NCBI GenBank assembly: GCA_030141605.1
Contig: JAQGDQ010000698.1
Coordinates: 1 to 64,000, forward strand
Source of the DNA: Tubiluchus corallicola
Taxonomy: Eukaryota > Animalia > Priapulida
Direction: 5' to 3'
DNA: 64,000 nucleotides
In this document: one piece after another, positions 1 through 13,100 of the stretch
Layout: each line of letters starts with the position of its first letter
How positions within the stretch are numbered: position 1 is the first letter of the stretch
Program-made: the position numbers and the translations under genes
Notes under the pieces: generated by a model
The model's input: only the letters and a program-made list of their open reading frames with translations
Told to the model about the DNA's origin: nothing
Database searches by the model: none

Positions 1-850
1 TCCGACAACGTACATAGCAACTGACGTATGTATATATACGTTCGTTAGTATCCGACAACGTACATAGCAACTGACGTATGTATATATATATATATATCGG
101 TATATATATATATATCGGTCTTTCTTACGGTAAGACGGAAATATAGGTTGAAAAAGCTGCTTATCACCATACAAAGTTAATTATTTCAGCTCTACAGCTT
201 GCTAATATCTAAAAAATTATGAATATTCAACTCTGTAATTAGCAACTAAGATTGACAAAACATAAAGAAACATAGCATAGCCGTCAAAACATAACGACAA
301 ATATTTGAAGACTGTCATGCCCTCTACATTACAGGTTATTTTACCACACATAGAAAGTTAGCTGAATATAGATAAAGCATCTATCACCCGGCTATTCATC
401 TGCTGTCAATGGTGATTTATTTGTGTCCTCATTAACATTTTTCGGCTTTTAAGAAGATGATTCAATATTCAGCTAACTTTCTATGTGTGGTAAAATAAAC
501 TGTAATGTAGAGGGCATGACAGTCTTCAAATATTTGTCGTTATGTTTGACGGCTATGCTATGTTTCTTTATGTTTTGTCAATCTTAGTTGCTAATTACAG
601 AGTTGAATATTCATAATTTTTTAGATATTAGCAAGAAAGCTGTAGAGCTGAAATAATTAACTTTGTATGGTGATAAGCAGCTTTTTCAACCTATATTTCC
701 GTCTTACCGTAAGAAAGACCGATATATTTATATATATATATACATACGTCAGTTGTTATGTACGTTGTCGGATACTAACGAACGTTCTCGGATACTATAT
801 ATAATATGCTATAATACGCTAAGTGCTATGTATGTTGTCGGATACTAACG
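1..850. mobile_element. Long inverted-repeat (foldback/MITE-like) element, left end truncated by the window edge
   Basis: 1-369 is the near-perfect reverse complement of 465-~785, with a few substitutions and small indels and a ~95-bp spacer. The arms end in ~50-bp tandem units (TCCGACAACGTACATAGCAACTGACGTATG..) and (TA)n tracts; a partial unit recurs to ~850. Confidence 0.8.
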
Positions 851-1251
851 ATTTATTGGTCCTTAAGACTAATACAATGCATCTAAAGCCACAGAACTGC
901 ATGTTGTGATACTCGGTCAAAGGACCACCAGGAAATGACAACCTTTGTAAACACTTAATAGCACAAGCCGCAATCTATTATAATTCATTATAATTTTGTA
1001 GTTTCAGTTAGTTTATTAGTAAATTAGCTCTTAATCAGGCTATCACTTGATAATTACATTTTCTGCACGAATTTTCCAAAAACGGATTGAGTTAAAATGC
1101 GGTGTAATTACACTATAAACTCCCTCAAAGAAAAAGCTGTCCTGAAACCTGTTTAATAAAATTGCTGCAAAAGACTGAATGAAAAAATGCTGCCAAAATT
1201 TTATTGTTTCACCTATAAAAATTCTCGCAAGATTTTTTTGCTTATTTACAG

Positions 1252-1584
1252 TGCTCATACGTGTCTTGTGTGACGGAGAAGGTGAAAAAATGGGAAACGA
1301 AATACGGTCAAGTGGGCAGCACTTTCAAGTGTCATTTCAACCCATACGACTCAGCTCAAGTTATCCGGCAAAAGCGTTTCAACGAAACAGTGTTGTTACA
1401 TTCTGTGTTATGGCCTATTGGCCTCATCTTAGGTGGTTGCATTGTGATGCTGGTGCTTGTTAAAGTGGCGAAGTTGAACGTGCGTGGCGACATATATTCA
1501 ACGCCATTAGATACTGCCGTTGAAGACAGAGATTTCTTTTTTAATAGACAAGAAACAAGCAATCCTATTTCGAGACCCTTGTAG
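1252..1584 (+). CDS. Last coding exon of a calcium-activated potassium (BK) channel beta-subunit (KCNMB)-like two-TM protein; upstream exons lie outside the window
   Basis: Acceptor ttatttacag|TGC, then CSYVSC..FKCHFNPYDSAQVIRQKRFNETVLLHSVLWPIGLILGGCIVMLVLVKVAK..PL*. This matches the KCNMB pattern CSY..F.C.FN....V......LLH..LWP followed by TM2. Confidence 0.75.
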   Translation, partial: CSYVSCVTEKVKKWETKYGQVGSTFKCHFNPYDSAQVIRQKRFNETVLLHSVLWPIGLILGGCIVMLVLVKVAKLNVRGDIYSTPLDTAVEDRDFFFNRQETSNPISRPL

Positions 1585-2179
1585 CAGTGGACACTTTAAC
1601 CCTGTAGCACGTGCATTGAGTACAGCGAGCATAAAAACGTTGTCGACAAGCACGCTTTTTATGCGTGGCAACGTAACAACGCAACATTATTAATTTTGCC
1701 AAATCATAAAATTCGTCAATATGTAACAAATTTTGTATTATGTAACAATTATCGTGTAACTATTTTTGCGTCATTATGTAGCAATCATTATAATAGCAAA
1801 ATTTTATTTTCTTTACTCTGGATTATATAGCAAATGTCATAATATAAAAATTATTAATGTTTCCAAAATTAAACTGATGACATTAGTGCCCACCAGTGCC
1901 TAAAAATCATTTTATCTATATTCGGTAAAGGATAGCAGACTAGGTGACTTTATAGTCTTTTCGCTATCCTTTCTCTAGTTCTAGATCTATTTATTCATTT
2001 TAACCATTCTTCAAAACCTATTAACGATTCTTTTATTAATCATGTGTTATTGTAGTATTATAAAGAGATAAATAAATTAAAATTGAATTGAATTAAAAAA
2101 ATGATGCATTATGCAACAGACTAACGTAAGTTTAGTCCTGTTTGTGGATGTGCATGTTATGGTGTGTATGGGGCTAGTT

Positions 2180-2625
2180 ATTAGACTAGATCAATCTCTT
2201 TCTGTTCTAGTTGTGGTTTTGGCTCCAGTTCGATATGGCCTTTCTGATGTCCGTCTATTAGAGGCCTGGTCTGCCTGAGTCTGATCTGGAAGAGTCCGTG
2301 TTTGCGTAATTTGCTCTGAACTGGAAAATGATCCCAAACGAAAAAGAGCATTTTTGGATCCGGCACGGTCCTAATCATTATTATTCTTGGTCATGTTGTT
2401 GGGGAAACTCTTATATATCATTATCAGGCATACATTTTTCAATTTGGTTTGAATCAGAGCAAATCCAACCTGACTGGACGTCTGACAGACCAGACCTAGC
2501 ATTGACTGGCCAGAAACCGCATCTCGAGTAGATCAAACCTCAGATAGACCAGACTCCTGACTGACCATCCACAGACTGCCAGATAAGCCAGATCTAAAAA
2601 GGAAAGAAACTGACCGAGTTCAATA
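2180..2625. mobile_element. Degenerate palindromic MITE-like element inside an older TGTAACA-rich inverted-repeat element (~1660-2790)
   Basis: Inverted matches ATTTGCTCTGA/TCAGAGCAAAT and GGTCTGCCTGAGTCTGATCT/AGATCAAACCTCAGATAGACC. Flanks carry TTATGTAACAA-type motifs on the left and TTGTTACATAA-type motifs on the right. Confidence 0.4.
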
Positions 2626-3062
2626 ATTAGACAACATCGATATCGTAGCAAGACCCACCCATAGACCACGACTGCAATCTTTTTTGTTACGTAGTAAATG
2701 TTACACAGTTTTATGATATGTTGTGACGAGTTTTACGATTTGTTACATAATGCAGCATTTTTGTTGCATAATGCTACATTATTGCATAAAGAAACCTTAA
2801 CTTCGATTAATCACTCAGACTAAAATTGGGTTCACGTAGGCCCACTGATTTGTTCTTAGTGCATGTATTGGAGTTTTATACTTATCACTAAAGTCAAAAA
2901 CGCTTGAAAAAAATTTAAAAATCAATTTGCATTTTAAGTACATTTAAATTCTAAAATCTCACAAACAAGCCCAAATAACTAGTAAGTAACCTTCTAAATC
3001 TAAAATTCTGAATCTCACAATTATCGCATGTAGCTATCTTTTTGCATCGTGTAGATTTACAG

Positions 3063-3890
3063 TCATCATCATCATTTACGTACTTTTACGTTCTAAAACA
3101 TGGAACGCTTTACCTGTTCATGCATCATCCCTCAAATCCAGACATGTATCTGCTAAATCTTTTTGCAGTATATCTGATCTGCATACGTTTATAGCTGACC
3201 CACTCTCGGCTTTTTTGTCGTTTCAAGAGCTTTACATAATGCTATAGGAAGAGGAGATTCTTGTGGAAGTTTTAGTACATGCTCAGTCCAGTGCAATCTT
3301 TTTACTTGGATTTGTTTACTCCAAGGGTTCCTCTTCACCACATTATACAGATATACAGATCAACATTGGATATTCTGTTATGTCATTTAATGCCCAAGAG
3401 TTTTGTATAGAGACTATGTGAAAAGCCTCAATTGCTTTCTACTGTTTAACTTTTATTGTAACTTTTATTGTAACTTTTTGCTCAGCATTGTGTAAAAATA
3501 CAACTTCAACTAAATTTGAAATGATCCACACTTTGGTTTCAAGAGAGTCTTATTTTGAAAAACCGTTGTGAAATCTGTATAAGCAAACAATGCTAGAATT
3601 GTCCTTTGTTGCATATCGGCTTCAGTGTCTAATAAGCTACCTAGCTATATTTTCTACATTTTTTCCACGAATCGTTACCTCCTCGCTGAATGTACATGTA
3701 ATTGTGTTCAGTTTTCGTATGGTCGACTTTAAGATTAGATTATATTTTTCTAAACGGCGGCTGATGGTGCATTATGTGACTCCTCTACATTAGCTGTAAT
3801 GTAAGCAATATCATCCGCAAATTGCATGGAGATTAAAGATGAAGGTCTTCCAAATATAGCATAATTAATTATGTTCAACTAGCGTATCTC
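3063..3890 (-). mobile_element. Decayed RTE-like non-LTR retrotransposon 3' fragment (RT domain to tail)
   Basis: Minus-strand translations give MQFADDIAY (RT catalytic motif), LKVDHTKTE, TKVWIISNLVEVVFLHNAE, KAIEAFH and LLGIK*HNRISNVDLY in shifting frames, followed by a (GAT)n tail at 3063-3075. Confidence 0.65.
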
Positions 3891-4162
3891 ATTTAAAGTT
3901 TCCTAATTATGGTATGTGTATTTATGGTCCTTCATTTCTTCACAATGCATAACAGTTATCGTCTGTCATAGCTACAGCAAAAAAAGTAAAAAGAGGGGAC
4001 ACAAACAATCTCCTTGATGTACACAGACGGAGAACAGTAGAACAGAATGGCGTGCTCGTCCTTTACCGCTTTACGGACTAAGGTTTTGCAAGAATGGGTT
4101 TTGAGTAAAAGGAAATCAAATGAATTAAATTTTTACCTCGGGGTTCTAAAAGTAACCGTACT

Positions 4163-4437
4163 CAGGGCCTATTTCAGGGGGGGGGGGGGGGGTAAGTGGG
4201 GATACTTCCCCGGGGCCTCACCCTATAGGGGGCCTCGCGCCGAGGTAACATTTTTTGCTTTATGCGAACATTCAATTGTTCTTTCCTTTAACAACTGTAT
4301 AACTCCATATTTTCTCTTCGAAAATGCTTCTCCGGCGTTCTAGCAGTTCAAAAATTTTCTGGTGCTTCGCCCCCCCCCCCGAGGGGGCCTCACACGCCCC
4401 ACTTCCCCGGGCCTCGCTTAGGCTGAAATAGGCCCTG
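4163..4437. mobile_element. hAT-like MITE, 275 bp
   Basis: Perfect 15-bp TIR CAGGGCCTATTTCAG; perfect 8-bp TSD ACCGTACT at 4155-4162 and 4438-4445; internal GGGGCCTC subterminal repeats. Confidence 0.9.
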
Positions 4438-6000
4438 ACCGTACTGTATACTTTGCTACAGTTAACGTATTTGAAAGAACGTGCTTAAATTTTATAATTA
4501 TCTGTATCATATTTATCGTACGTGTAAGGGCAAAAAAAATTCACAATTGTGCGCTTCATGAGTTAAAGTCCGATATTTAGATTAGGTGATTATTGTGTAC
4601 AAATTTTCGTCAAAGGCCTTTTCTGGATCTGTGAGGGATTCAGAATTGGGATTCAGAAATGTGATCATATCTGCACTAATGATCATATCTGCACTCATAT
4701 CTGCACTCTTTCTTTCGTTTGTTTATGCAAATACAAATAATTAAAAATAATTTTAATTCTTGGAATCGAACCCACCCCCCGCAGCAAAGAAGCAAGTACT
4801 CTCCAAATGCAATTACGTTGCCCAAATACGGCTGTATAATCTCTAATTGGGAAATTTAGTTTTAGGAATGTGCCTTTCCAGCGTCATTTACGAATGACAG
4901 AACCATAATCACATTCAATATTAACTAAAATCAAAGCATTCTTAAACACGCCGAATTAAAATGTACCAAATTGCAAAGTCGAAGTAGTTAATATTAAGTA
5001 TGTTATGTTTTCGAATAGTTTTCGTATAGCGCGAGTACTGTTAAATTTATTAAAGTGAGAGACCTAATTTTCACGAACTGCACTGACAAATTAATCAAGT
5101 TTTTAAAAGCTACAGAGAGGACTAGCAAGAGAGTAAAGATGAAACGTTCAAAGCCGAGCTGAAAATTCATAAAGTCGCATTGCAAAGGCTTTCCCTACGT
5201 ACATCATCCAATCTGTGAGTTACCAACACTGGATTGAATCACTATTCTGCATTATAATTGTCTAATGTCAAATATTACGGGGCTTTCGTTTTTTAACAAG
5301 CTCAAAATTAAATTTTAATAAGATTTATTTCTCTTAGATTAGTGAATTACTAAGTAACGTAATTTAACTGTTATCTGTATAAATGTAGATATATTAAGTG
5401 TATTTTAGGCCTACATGTTAACTTATTAATAACGTGTCTTGGATCAAAATTAAAAATGGTTGTCGTTGTAAGGCAATTACCTCTGAGAGTAAATGTGCCT
5501 TGCATGACGAAATTAAATCGTTTTATTGCTGTAGATGGCGTATTCCACAGGGCGCAATTTTGAGAAGTTTGAATGATTACCAGGTTGTAAAACAAAAATA
5601 ATTGTGAATTTGTGATAGTGGTGCGTTCGGTGTTTTTGTTTGTCGTGTGCAAACACCAAAGAGACACATAAACTGAAATAGAAGCCTGAATAAATGAATT
5701 TAATAAAAATGTTACGAAAAGCAAAGAATTGGTGATAACATCAAGAGTTGAACAAGCTTGTAATTGCCTATTCCACAATATGTAGGGAAAAGTGGCAGGT
5801 GCAAATAACAAATTTTATGGTCTTGAGAAACAAGGTGGGTCTACTTTTAAGAGAAATGCACAGATAGTAAATCGTCTCCAATTTGTAAGGTGCTTTAGCA
5901 GTGATACGTTTTACAGCTCTCAATACTGAAAAAGAAAAATTTCATGTCTGACAAAACTGACATTGCACATTTCGTAAGAGGAACGTTTGTTTGCTAAGCT

Positions 6001-6060
6001 ATTATTATTATTATTATTGTTGTTGTTGTTGTTGTTGTTGTTATTATTATTATTATTATC
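6001..6060. repeat. (ATT)n(GTT)n(ATT)n compound microsatellite
   Basis: Read directly from the sequence. Confidence 0.9.
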
Positions 6061-8360
6061 AGTAGTAAGAATTTTGGGGTAAAACTATATAAAATCTAAA
6101 AAGTTTGTGCCCTTACTTATTTTTCTCGTCAATCTGTCAATTTTAGCATGATGGTGTGTTTAATTATACAGATATAACATTACGCCGTTCACTCATCGTT
6201 CTTTGTTCCTACAGCCTTTAGTAAAGACGCCACATTGATTATATTAAACAATTTACAATTTTTTAATCATTATAGGAGACTACGTGTTGTAAAAGTATTA
6301 TTGTTAGCAGGGCCATTTGAGGTAAAAGTGGAATCAATCACTTGTGTATGATCAATATCAGTAGTGGCGTTATCACCATCAATATCACACAGTCAACATA
6401 ATTGTCATCGTCGCTATTATTGTCATCATCATTACCAACAATAACGGCAATTGTGAGAAAATTAAGAGCAAAAGTAAAATAACAGCAGCAACCGCAGTAG
6501 CAAACAGCAGAACATAAACATAGTGACTGAATGATCGTAGATCGATTATGATTTAGTCTTTAGTTGACCCTGCAATGCTGAAAAGAACAGCATCGATTCA
6601 TCATCGAATAGTAGTCGTGGATCACAAGAATGTCAATTAAGAAGGTTTCCATATTAACCTAAACTAGTTAGGCAATACCTATCAACAATAGTGCAATCAT
6701 ACCACATGCCGCACTATTTTTCATCAAAATGAATGAGCAGAACATTTCAAGGCTAACATGCTCGTGTCCCATTTTCAGTTGCTCAAAAAAGAACAAACAT
6801 AATCACACAATTTTTAATAGGTTACTTGTTAGCCTTAGAACATTTCGGCTATTTCCATTCTAATAAAAGGGTGGATTTCATATTTTTATTGTGCTTTTTT
6901 ATAGTCAATGTGATGTTTTGTAAACGACATACACTCACTTCTGTAACTGCAATTATTATTGTTGTGTGTATTTTGAAAACACGTAAAATGTTAATTTCAA
7001 TACTAGATAAGGTATAAAATCTTATTCTTCCACTTTTTGCCAACACATTGCCGTCACAAATCACACTCAGAAATAATGTATGGCACAAGGGTAACTATTA
7101 CAAATGTGGGAAATAATCTATTTAATAGTGTCTGCTTTTTGCAGTTACATGTATTTATAAAAACAATTGTATAATGTTATTATGAAAATCACGTTAGAAA
7201 TCGAGTTGATCCTAAATAATGAACTGTTCGACATACTATTATGATTGATAATTATTATGCTTTGGTATAACTACTTGATTTTGATTCGTTTGGATAAAAT
7301 TTATAATAAGATAACAGTTATCCTGAGATAGCACAATAGAAGAAAAAAATTTCTTAAGTTTATTGTGGCCCCTAATTGTCGCCAAAATGGCCCAAATCAG
7401 GCTCGAGGCACCAGATTATCAGATTGACAATGCGATTTTTTAAAAATTACAAAAAGCAAAAAATAAATATACCTAAAACTTAACTAATTGTTAAAATAAT
7501 ATTTACTGCTTCTCTGGCGATTTTGCAATTATTATTCAAATTGTTTTACAAAAAGTTTTACTTATATGCAATGGATTGCTCGCTAAACACAGGAGGCACT
7601 GATGAACTGGAATTACGTCAAGAATGGATAGATGGACTAATCCGGAAGAACCCCCTCTTCCTACAGCATTATGTAGCGATCTTGAAATGACAAAAAGCTA
7701 AGAGAGGTTTGGCTACTGACGATTATAGATGTACTGCAAAAAGATTTAGCAAGCACAACTCTAGACTGACTGAGGGATCGTGGGCGGTACGGTATGCACA
7801 AACGACGACGATGCGTCTGCCTTTACAAATATAAAGATTTCTTGTATAGCTTTAAAGCGGTTGTTTCAAAACTTCCAAGTAGACGTGCTTCGAGATCTAA
7901 TCGTTTATTTACCTTGAGTACTGATTTCGTTTATTTTAGAAATTTGTCTGCCCACTGTCTACAATAGACTTGATGGGCATACGATGATCTGAGACAGATT
8001 TTACTTGAGACAATGACTAGCGGTTTCTTAAGTGCAGAATGAAATTAAAGTTGTAATAATTAAATTAGCTTTACTGTTTTTTTTGGCGTTTTCGTGGTGT
8101 TATGTGATCTAAATTGTGCTTGACTTTCAAGTAACCGGACATACACGCTTTACTGCATTGCGTAAATTCTCGAGTGTGTGACGGTGATTATAACAGAATA
8201 TTTATTATTAACATATTTTATGCGACAAACGTGCTAGCAAAGGAATCGGAAATTTAGAAAAGAAATGATCTTCATTTCCGCTGCCACAGGTTGTTGAAAT
8301 GAATTCAAGAGCTTGAAGAAGAAATGTGACAGGGACTTGGGCTTGAAAACTGGACTGAGT

Positions 8361-10114
8361 ATGAATTGTTCAAACCGTCCACGTATTTTGCGCAGCCCAC
8401 TTACAGGATTGACACCAACGAAACAACAGTGTCCACTTAGTGCTGAGCGGCCATGGTTTGAAGCAAGAGGGAGAACACCAATGTATACGCGCAGGCACAA
8501 TGCTAAATATTCCAGCTTTTATAATCCAGCCATTTCATGCGATAAAGAGAACCTCTACCACAGAAACTGCTGCAAGCCAATAGGATCGTTGTCTTCAAAA
8601 TTAGTATATTCAAACAGGAAAATGCGATCCAGGGGTGGAAAGCTTCTTGTGAACGCAGTGACCTCACCTAAGCAAAAGAAACCAGAAGGAAAGCATGATG
8701 GCGAGGTGGTGGTAAGAGGACTTAATAAATTAAAGCAGTGCATGTTAGGCTTAGATGCAACAAGTTTTTTGTTGTAGAAAGCTAATAATTTTTAATGCTT
8801 TGCTGAGGATTTAATTAAAACCCTGAAATATCACAATGAGTAATTTCTGTTATCATTTAATCGTTAGGCCTAGTTAATTTTTTAATTAATTAAACTTTAA
8901 AGAAATTCCATCTTTCACATTTATAAACTACAGTAGGCATATGTCGATTTTTTTATGCTCAGATAAACACGCTTTTTAAACTGTATTTAGACTATATTAA
9001 TAGAATATTTCAGGTGAGTGAGTCTGCTTCTAGTCTCGCCCAAGCTCGGCTAAACACCATTGCAGCCAAACTTGATGATCCATTTATTGCAGAGCTACAT
9101 TTAGAAGCATTGCGAAAACTGAAACTATCTAGTAACGGAACTTCTGAATCAAAAGGGTGCGCTTTTTAAAACTTCTTGTTAAATTTAATTATAATCAAAG
9201 TTCTGCCTTGAATATTACATTCTTATCCATTTATGGTTGACTTACAAAAATCCTAAAATCAAGAGAACATTTCGGTTAATTTGACATTGAAAAAAAACAT
9301 CTTCGTAACAGCAATTGGAACATTTAATAAACAATGGCAGTCATCAGAGAACAAACCTCGAGCATTTGGCTCATTTACTAACTGATATATGATTGTATTG
9401 TTCTGAGTTTTGTGACGACATAATTACAGTTTTCCTGTACAAACCTGTAGTTAATTGATAAAAGTTTATTTTCTTTCATTATTCTTAATCAATCATTGCC
9501 GAAATTGAAAAGGTTTTTCCTTGGCTGGCACGGTGGTGCCACTCCAGAAAGTTTCTGTTAAGTAGTTTTTACATATTCTTGTTAACAGACAGGTAAACAA
9601 ACAGCAATGAAAAAAATTGCCAAAATAAAAAATTGAAAATACACGATTTTCTTTGTTTTCCATTTTTTATCGTCCCGTGTATACTAATTGGTTAATTATG
9701 TTAATTTTTTTCTTTTTCTTCCTGGAATTTTGGTTACAAGATGCTCTCAACAGAAATATGGTACTTAGAAACAAATATGCTACGACATTTTGTCAGCAGA
9801 TGCACAAATATGTTATGACATTTTAGATAAGTGGCTATACTTGTTAGGTATACTTACGATATTGTGGAACTGTAAATTTTCTCTTCATTTTGCGTTTTGG
9901 GATTTAGCAATGAAAAGTTTTCAGCGATGGCTGAGGGTATTGACAAGTCATATACAGACGATAAAGACGGTGCGTTTGGAGAAGAATATAGACCTAAGAA
10001 ACATGACTGTACGTACAGTATATATATAAATTTAGTCATTTAATATCAACGGCTGTGCTAATAGATTCCTCTAAATTTGGTTGAATCGTATTAATTTCGG
10101 TGGTATGGGCGGTA

Positions 10115-10150
<36 letters not shown>

Positions 10151-13100
10151 TATATAAGATTCGAGGCGTTTGCGGCGATCTATATATGAAACGAAAGGAT
10201 CTAGTGTCGTGCCATCTTTTCGTCCGTTCAGCGGTGAGTATAGTAGGCGTATTTAGAATTCGCGAGAAGGCCACGGCGTCCCGTAATGGACGTTTTCCTG
10301 GACCCAATTCCCGATTTTTTTCGAAATTTTGATCAAACAGCATGCGGAAAAAACACTCTAGCTGCGCCTGGTGGGACTCTCGAAAGGAGATATATAGCTC
10401 TTTAGTGTGATATTAAAGAGAAAAAACGAAAAAAATTAACTTTTTCACACGCATCATTTAACGTTTAGTAGTTTTAAAAGTTAAGGTTTATTCGTTATAG
10501 TCTTGTTAAAAATTACAATCATGCACTTTTTAAACGCAATTTTGCTGCTATGACACTCACTCGCCTGTTGCTGTATCCTATTATGAATTCATTCTCAACT
10601 ACTAAAATCCTACTTGTTGGCTAAAATCTCTGAATTCACCATCATAAAGGCGCTTTTATTAACATTTAAATTTAATAGAATTTCCAGGAAAACTGCTTGG
10701 TCTTGTTGCAATTTCCAAAAGGAGACTGTATAAACAATGAGACGTCACACAAACACATACATAATTAAGCTGTATGCTTAAAAAAATGCGCTCTAACTTG
10801 TCTTACACAATCTACCCTTTCCATTACGTGTATTTTGTAGATATATATACACTAGGCTTATTTTAAGTTTATGGTTTCTATTAGTGCCAAAATATAATAT
10901 ATATACACTGTTAGGTGTGTATCACTATGGTTTAAATGCCAGAGGTTTGGCTGTACCATTACATGCTGATGAGAATTCCGATAGTGTTTGCCCAATCTGT
11001 TGGTCACCTCAGAAGAAACATAAATCTGATGACAGTTGTAACTACATCAGGTAAATGAACGTAACTAAACAGTAAATGAGTTTTAGAAATTATTATCGGC
11101 TACAGTTTAATAATGCTATTTAATTATATGCAGCATTACGTTCCCTCCGTGTGATCTTTGACCTGAGCGATAACTATGTCAGTTCATTGTAATTTTTTTT
11201 TTGATTTTGCAGTATCATGAAAGTATGATACATACGTGTATTTATATTTAGACAGACATGTCTTCGTAGTGGAATAATTAACTGTAAATTTTATACAAGC
11301 ATATATATATATATATATATATATATTTGTCGGTTTCTTTTGTAACCTTCTAAGAAAAGCTATCGTTTTTAAAAAGAGATACAGTCCTGAAATCAGCTTA
11401 TATGGCTCGTAATTGGATTGCAGAGCTGCCTTGCACTCTATATGACGAGAGGTGATGAATAACCTTACGTCCTAGAGAGATTCAGAAAGCAGTAGTGCAT
11501 TAAAAGTTAGCAGGTTAATTTATTTGATGTGGCACTACTGGCACACAGTATACACGGATCCTTGTGAATGCACTACAGTGGAGCATGTGACAGCATGCAT
11601 CAATGTAATTTCGCCAAGTTCAGTAACTACAGTAGGCATAATTATTATTCAGTTTCTTCTTTTTAATGCCAGAATCTCCATTCCCAAGAAACGGCTAATG
11701 TCGCCTTATCGAGTAACACCCAGAACAAGAATGGATTCAGATGATTCTACGGATTCGTTAGCTCTGTCACAGGTGAGTTTGTCAGTAACTTTTAGCTTAA
11801 AAAGTTAACTGAGTTAATTAAAACTTATCTAAATTTAATTAAGTCTGTCGCACAAATATATATCACCAACGTATGCAAGAAGGCGAATTGGTGACTGGAT
11901 TAATTAAAATGTGTTTTTTTTTGTAAACCATGATCCTAAGTAGGTGTTAACTCTCTACAAAGCTTATGTGTGACCATTATTGGAATACTCTACTGTAGTA
12001 TGGTCACTATCGCTAAAATCCGACATCAAGAGATTGCAGAAAGTTCAAGATATGTGCCTGCAGTTACGTCATGCAGCTGATTTGCATCCTGAAATATGTT
12101 CACTCCAACAGAGAAGAGAAGCAGCTGACCTGTAATAGGTATTTAAGTACGTAAATGTAGACAACCGCCTTAGCTGTGATACACTATTTAAGGCTGCATC
12201 TCTACTGTCAAGTGTCCACTCGCGGTCATTTTAAGAAACTGTTTAAAGTTCAAACCTTACGCAAGAACTAATTACAAAAGTACTTTTCCTCATACCGTGT
12301 TGTGGCCAAGTGGAACAGTTTGCCAGAAAATGTGGTTAGTGCCAGGTTCGGAACTGGGGGGGGGGGGGGGCGCACCCTTGTCAAAATTTGCGCCCCCCTG
12401 CAAAATCGGACAAATAATTTTTTTGCAGTGAAAATTGTAGTTCGCATGTAATCATTTTCAATATGAATTAGAATTAGGTAAAAAAATGTTTGGTAGCTTC
12501 AGTGTATTATTTTCTGTGTGATAAATGTGTGACTTGTGTGTGATAAATTTCTGTAAATAACAATTTAGTTGGAGGCACATTAATAACGTTAGGTTAACTG
12601 AGAGTTAATTTTCTCATTATTGCTTTGTCCGCTATGCCGTCCTAAACACGCTAATTATAGGCCTGCATGCAGTATAAAAGGGGTTAAAATTGGCTTAACC
12701 ATTATTTAACCACTTCGGATACCTCCCCCCCCCCCAGAAAATTTTTGCGCCCCCCCCCTGCTTGCCACAGCTAGTTCCGGCCCTGGTTAGTGCATCGAAT
12801 TTTAAACATTTTTAAGGAGATGAGAGCTTCACGAGTCAGATTGATGTATGTAAAACATGTGTTGGCATTAGTTAAGTAAATATTTCGGTAATGTGATGCC
12901 GTAGTCATTAAATTCTTATTAAGAATGTGAAAACTTTCTTTTATTGTGAAATTATAATTCCAGCATTGCTTGGCCGGATATGAGTATAGTGCTAGGTCTT
13001 CGACAAGCACGTCATCGTTAGATTTAAGAACGGCAGCTTCGTCTGGCAATAAACTAACTGAGGTAATGTCTTCTCTTTTTAGTTATGATAGTGAGGGAAA

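Noticed and set aside
1-100. Tandem 50-bp units considered as a CRISPR-like array
   Set aside because: There are no unique spacers, the context is eukaryotic, and the units belong to the foldback element terminus.
4758-4806. tRNA-like B box (GGTTCGATTCC on the minus strand), with a similar GAGTTCGATACTC at ~13182
   Set aside because: No cloverleaf can be built; at most these are decayed tRNA-SINE heads.
5371-5811. 146-aa minus-strand ORF, and a plus-strand RIPQGAIL motif resembling reverse transcriptase
   Set aside because: The ORF has a non-ATG start and no recognisable domain. The motif has no downstream YADD/FADD support.
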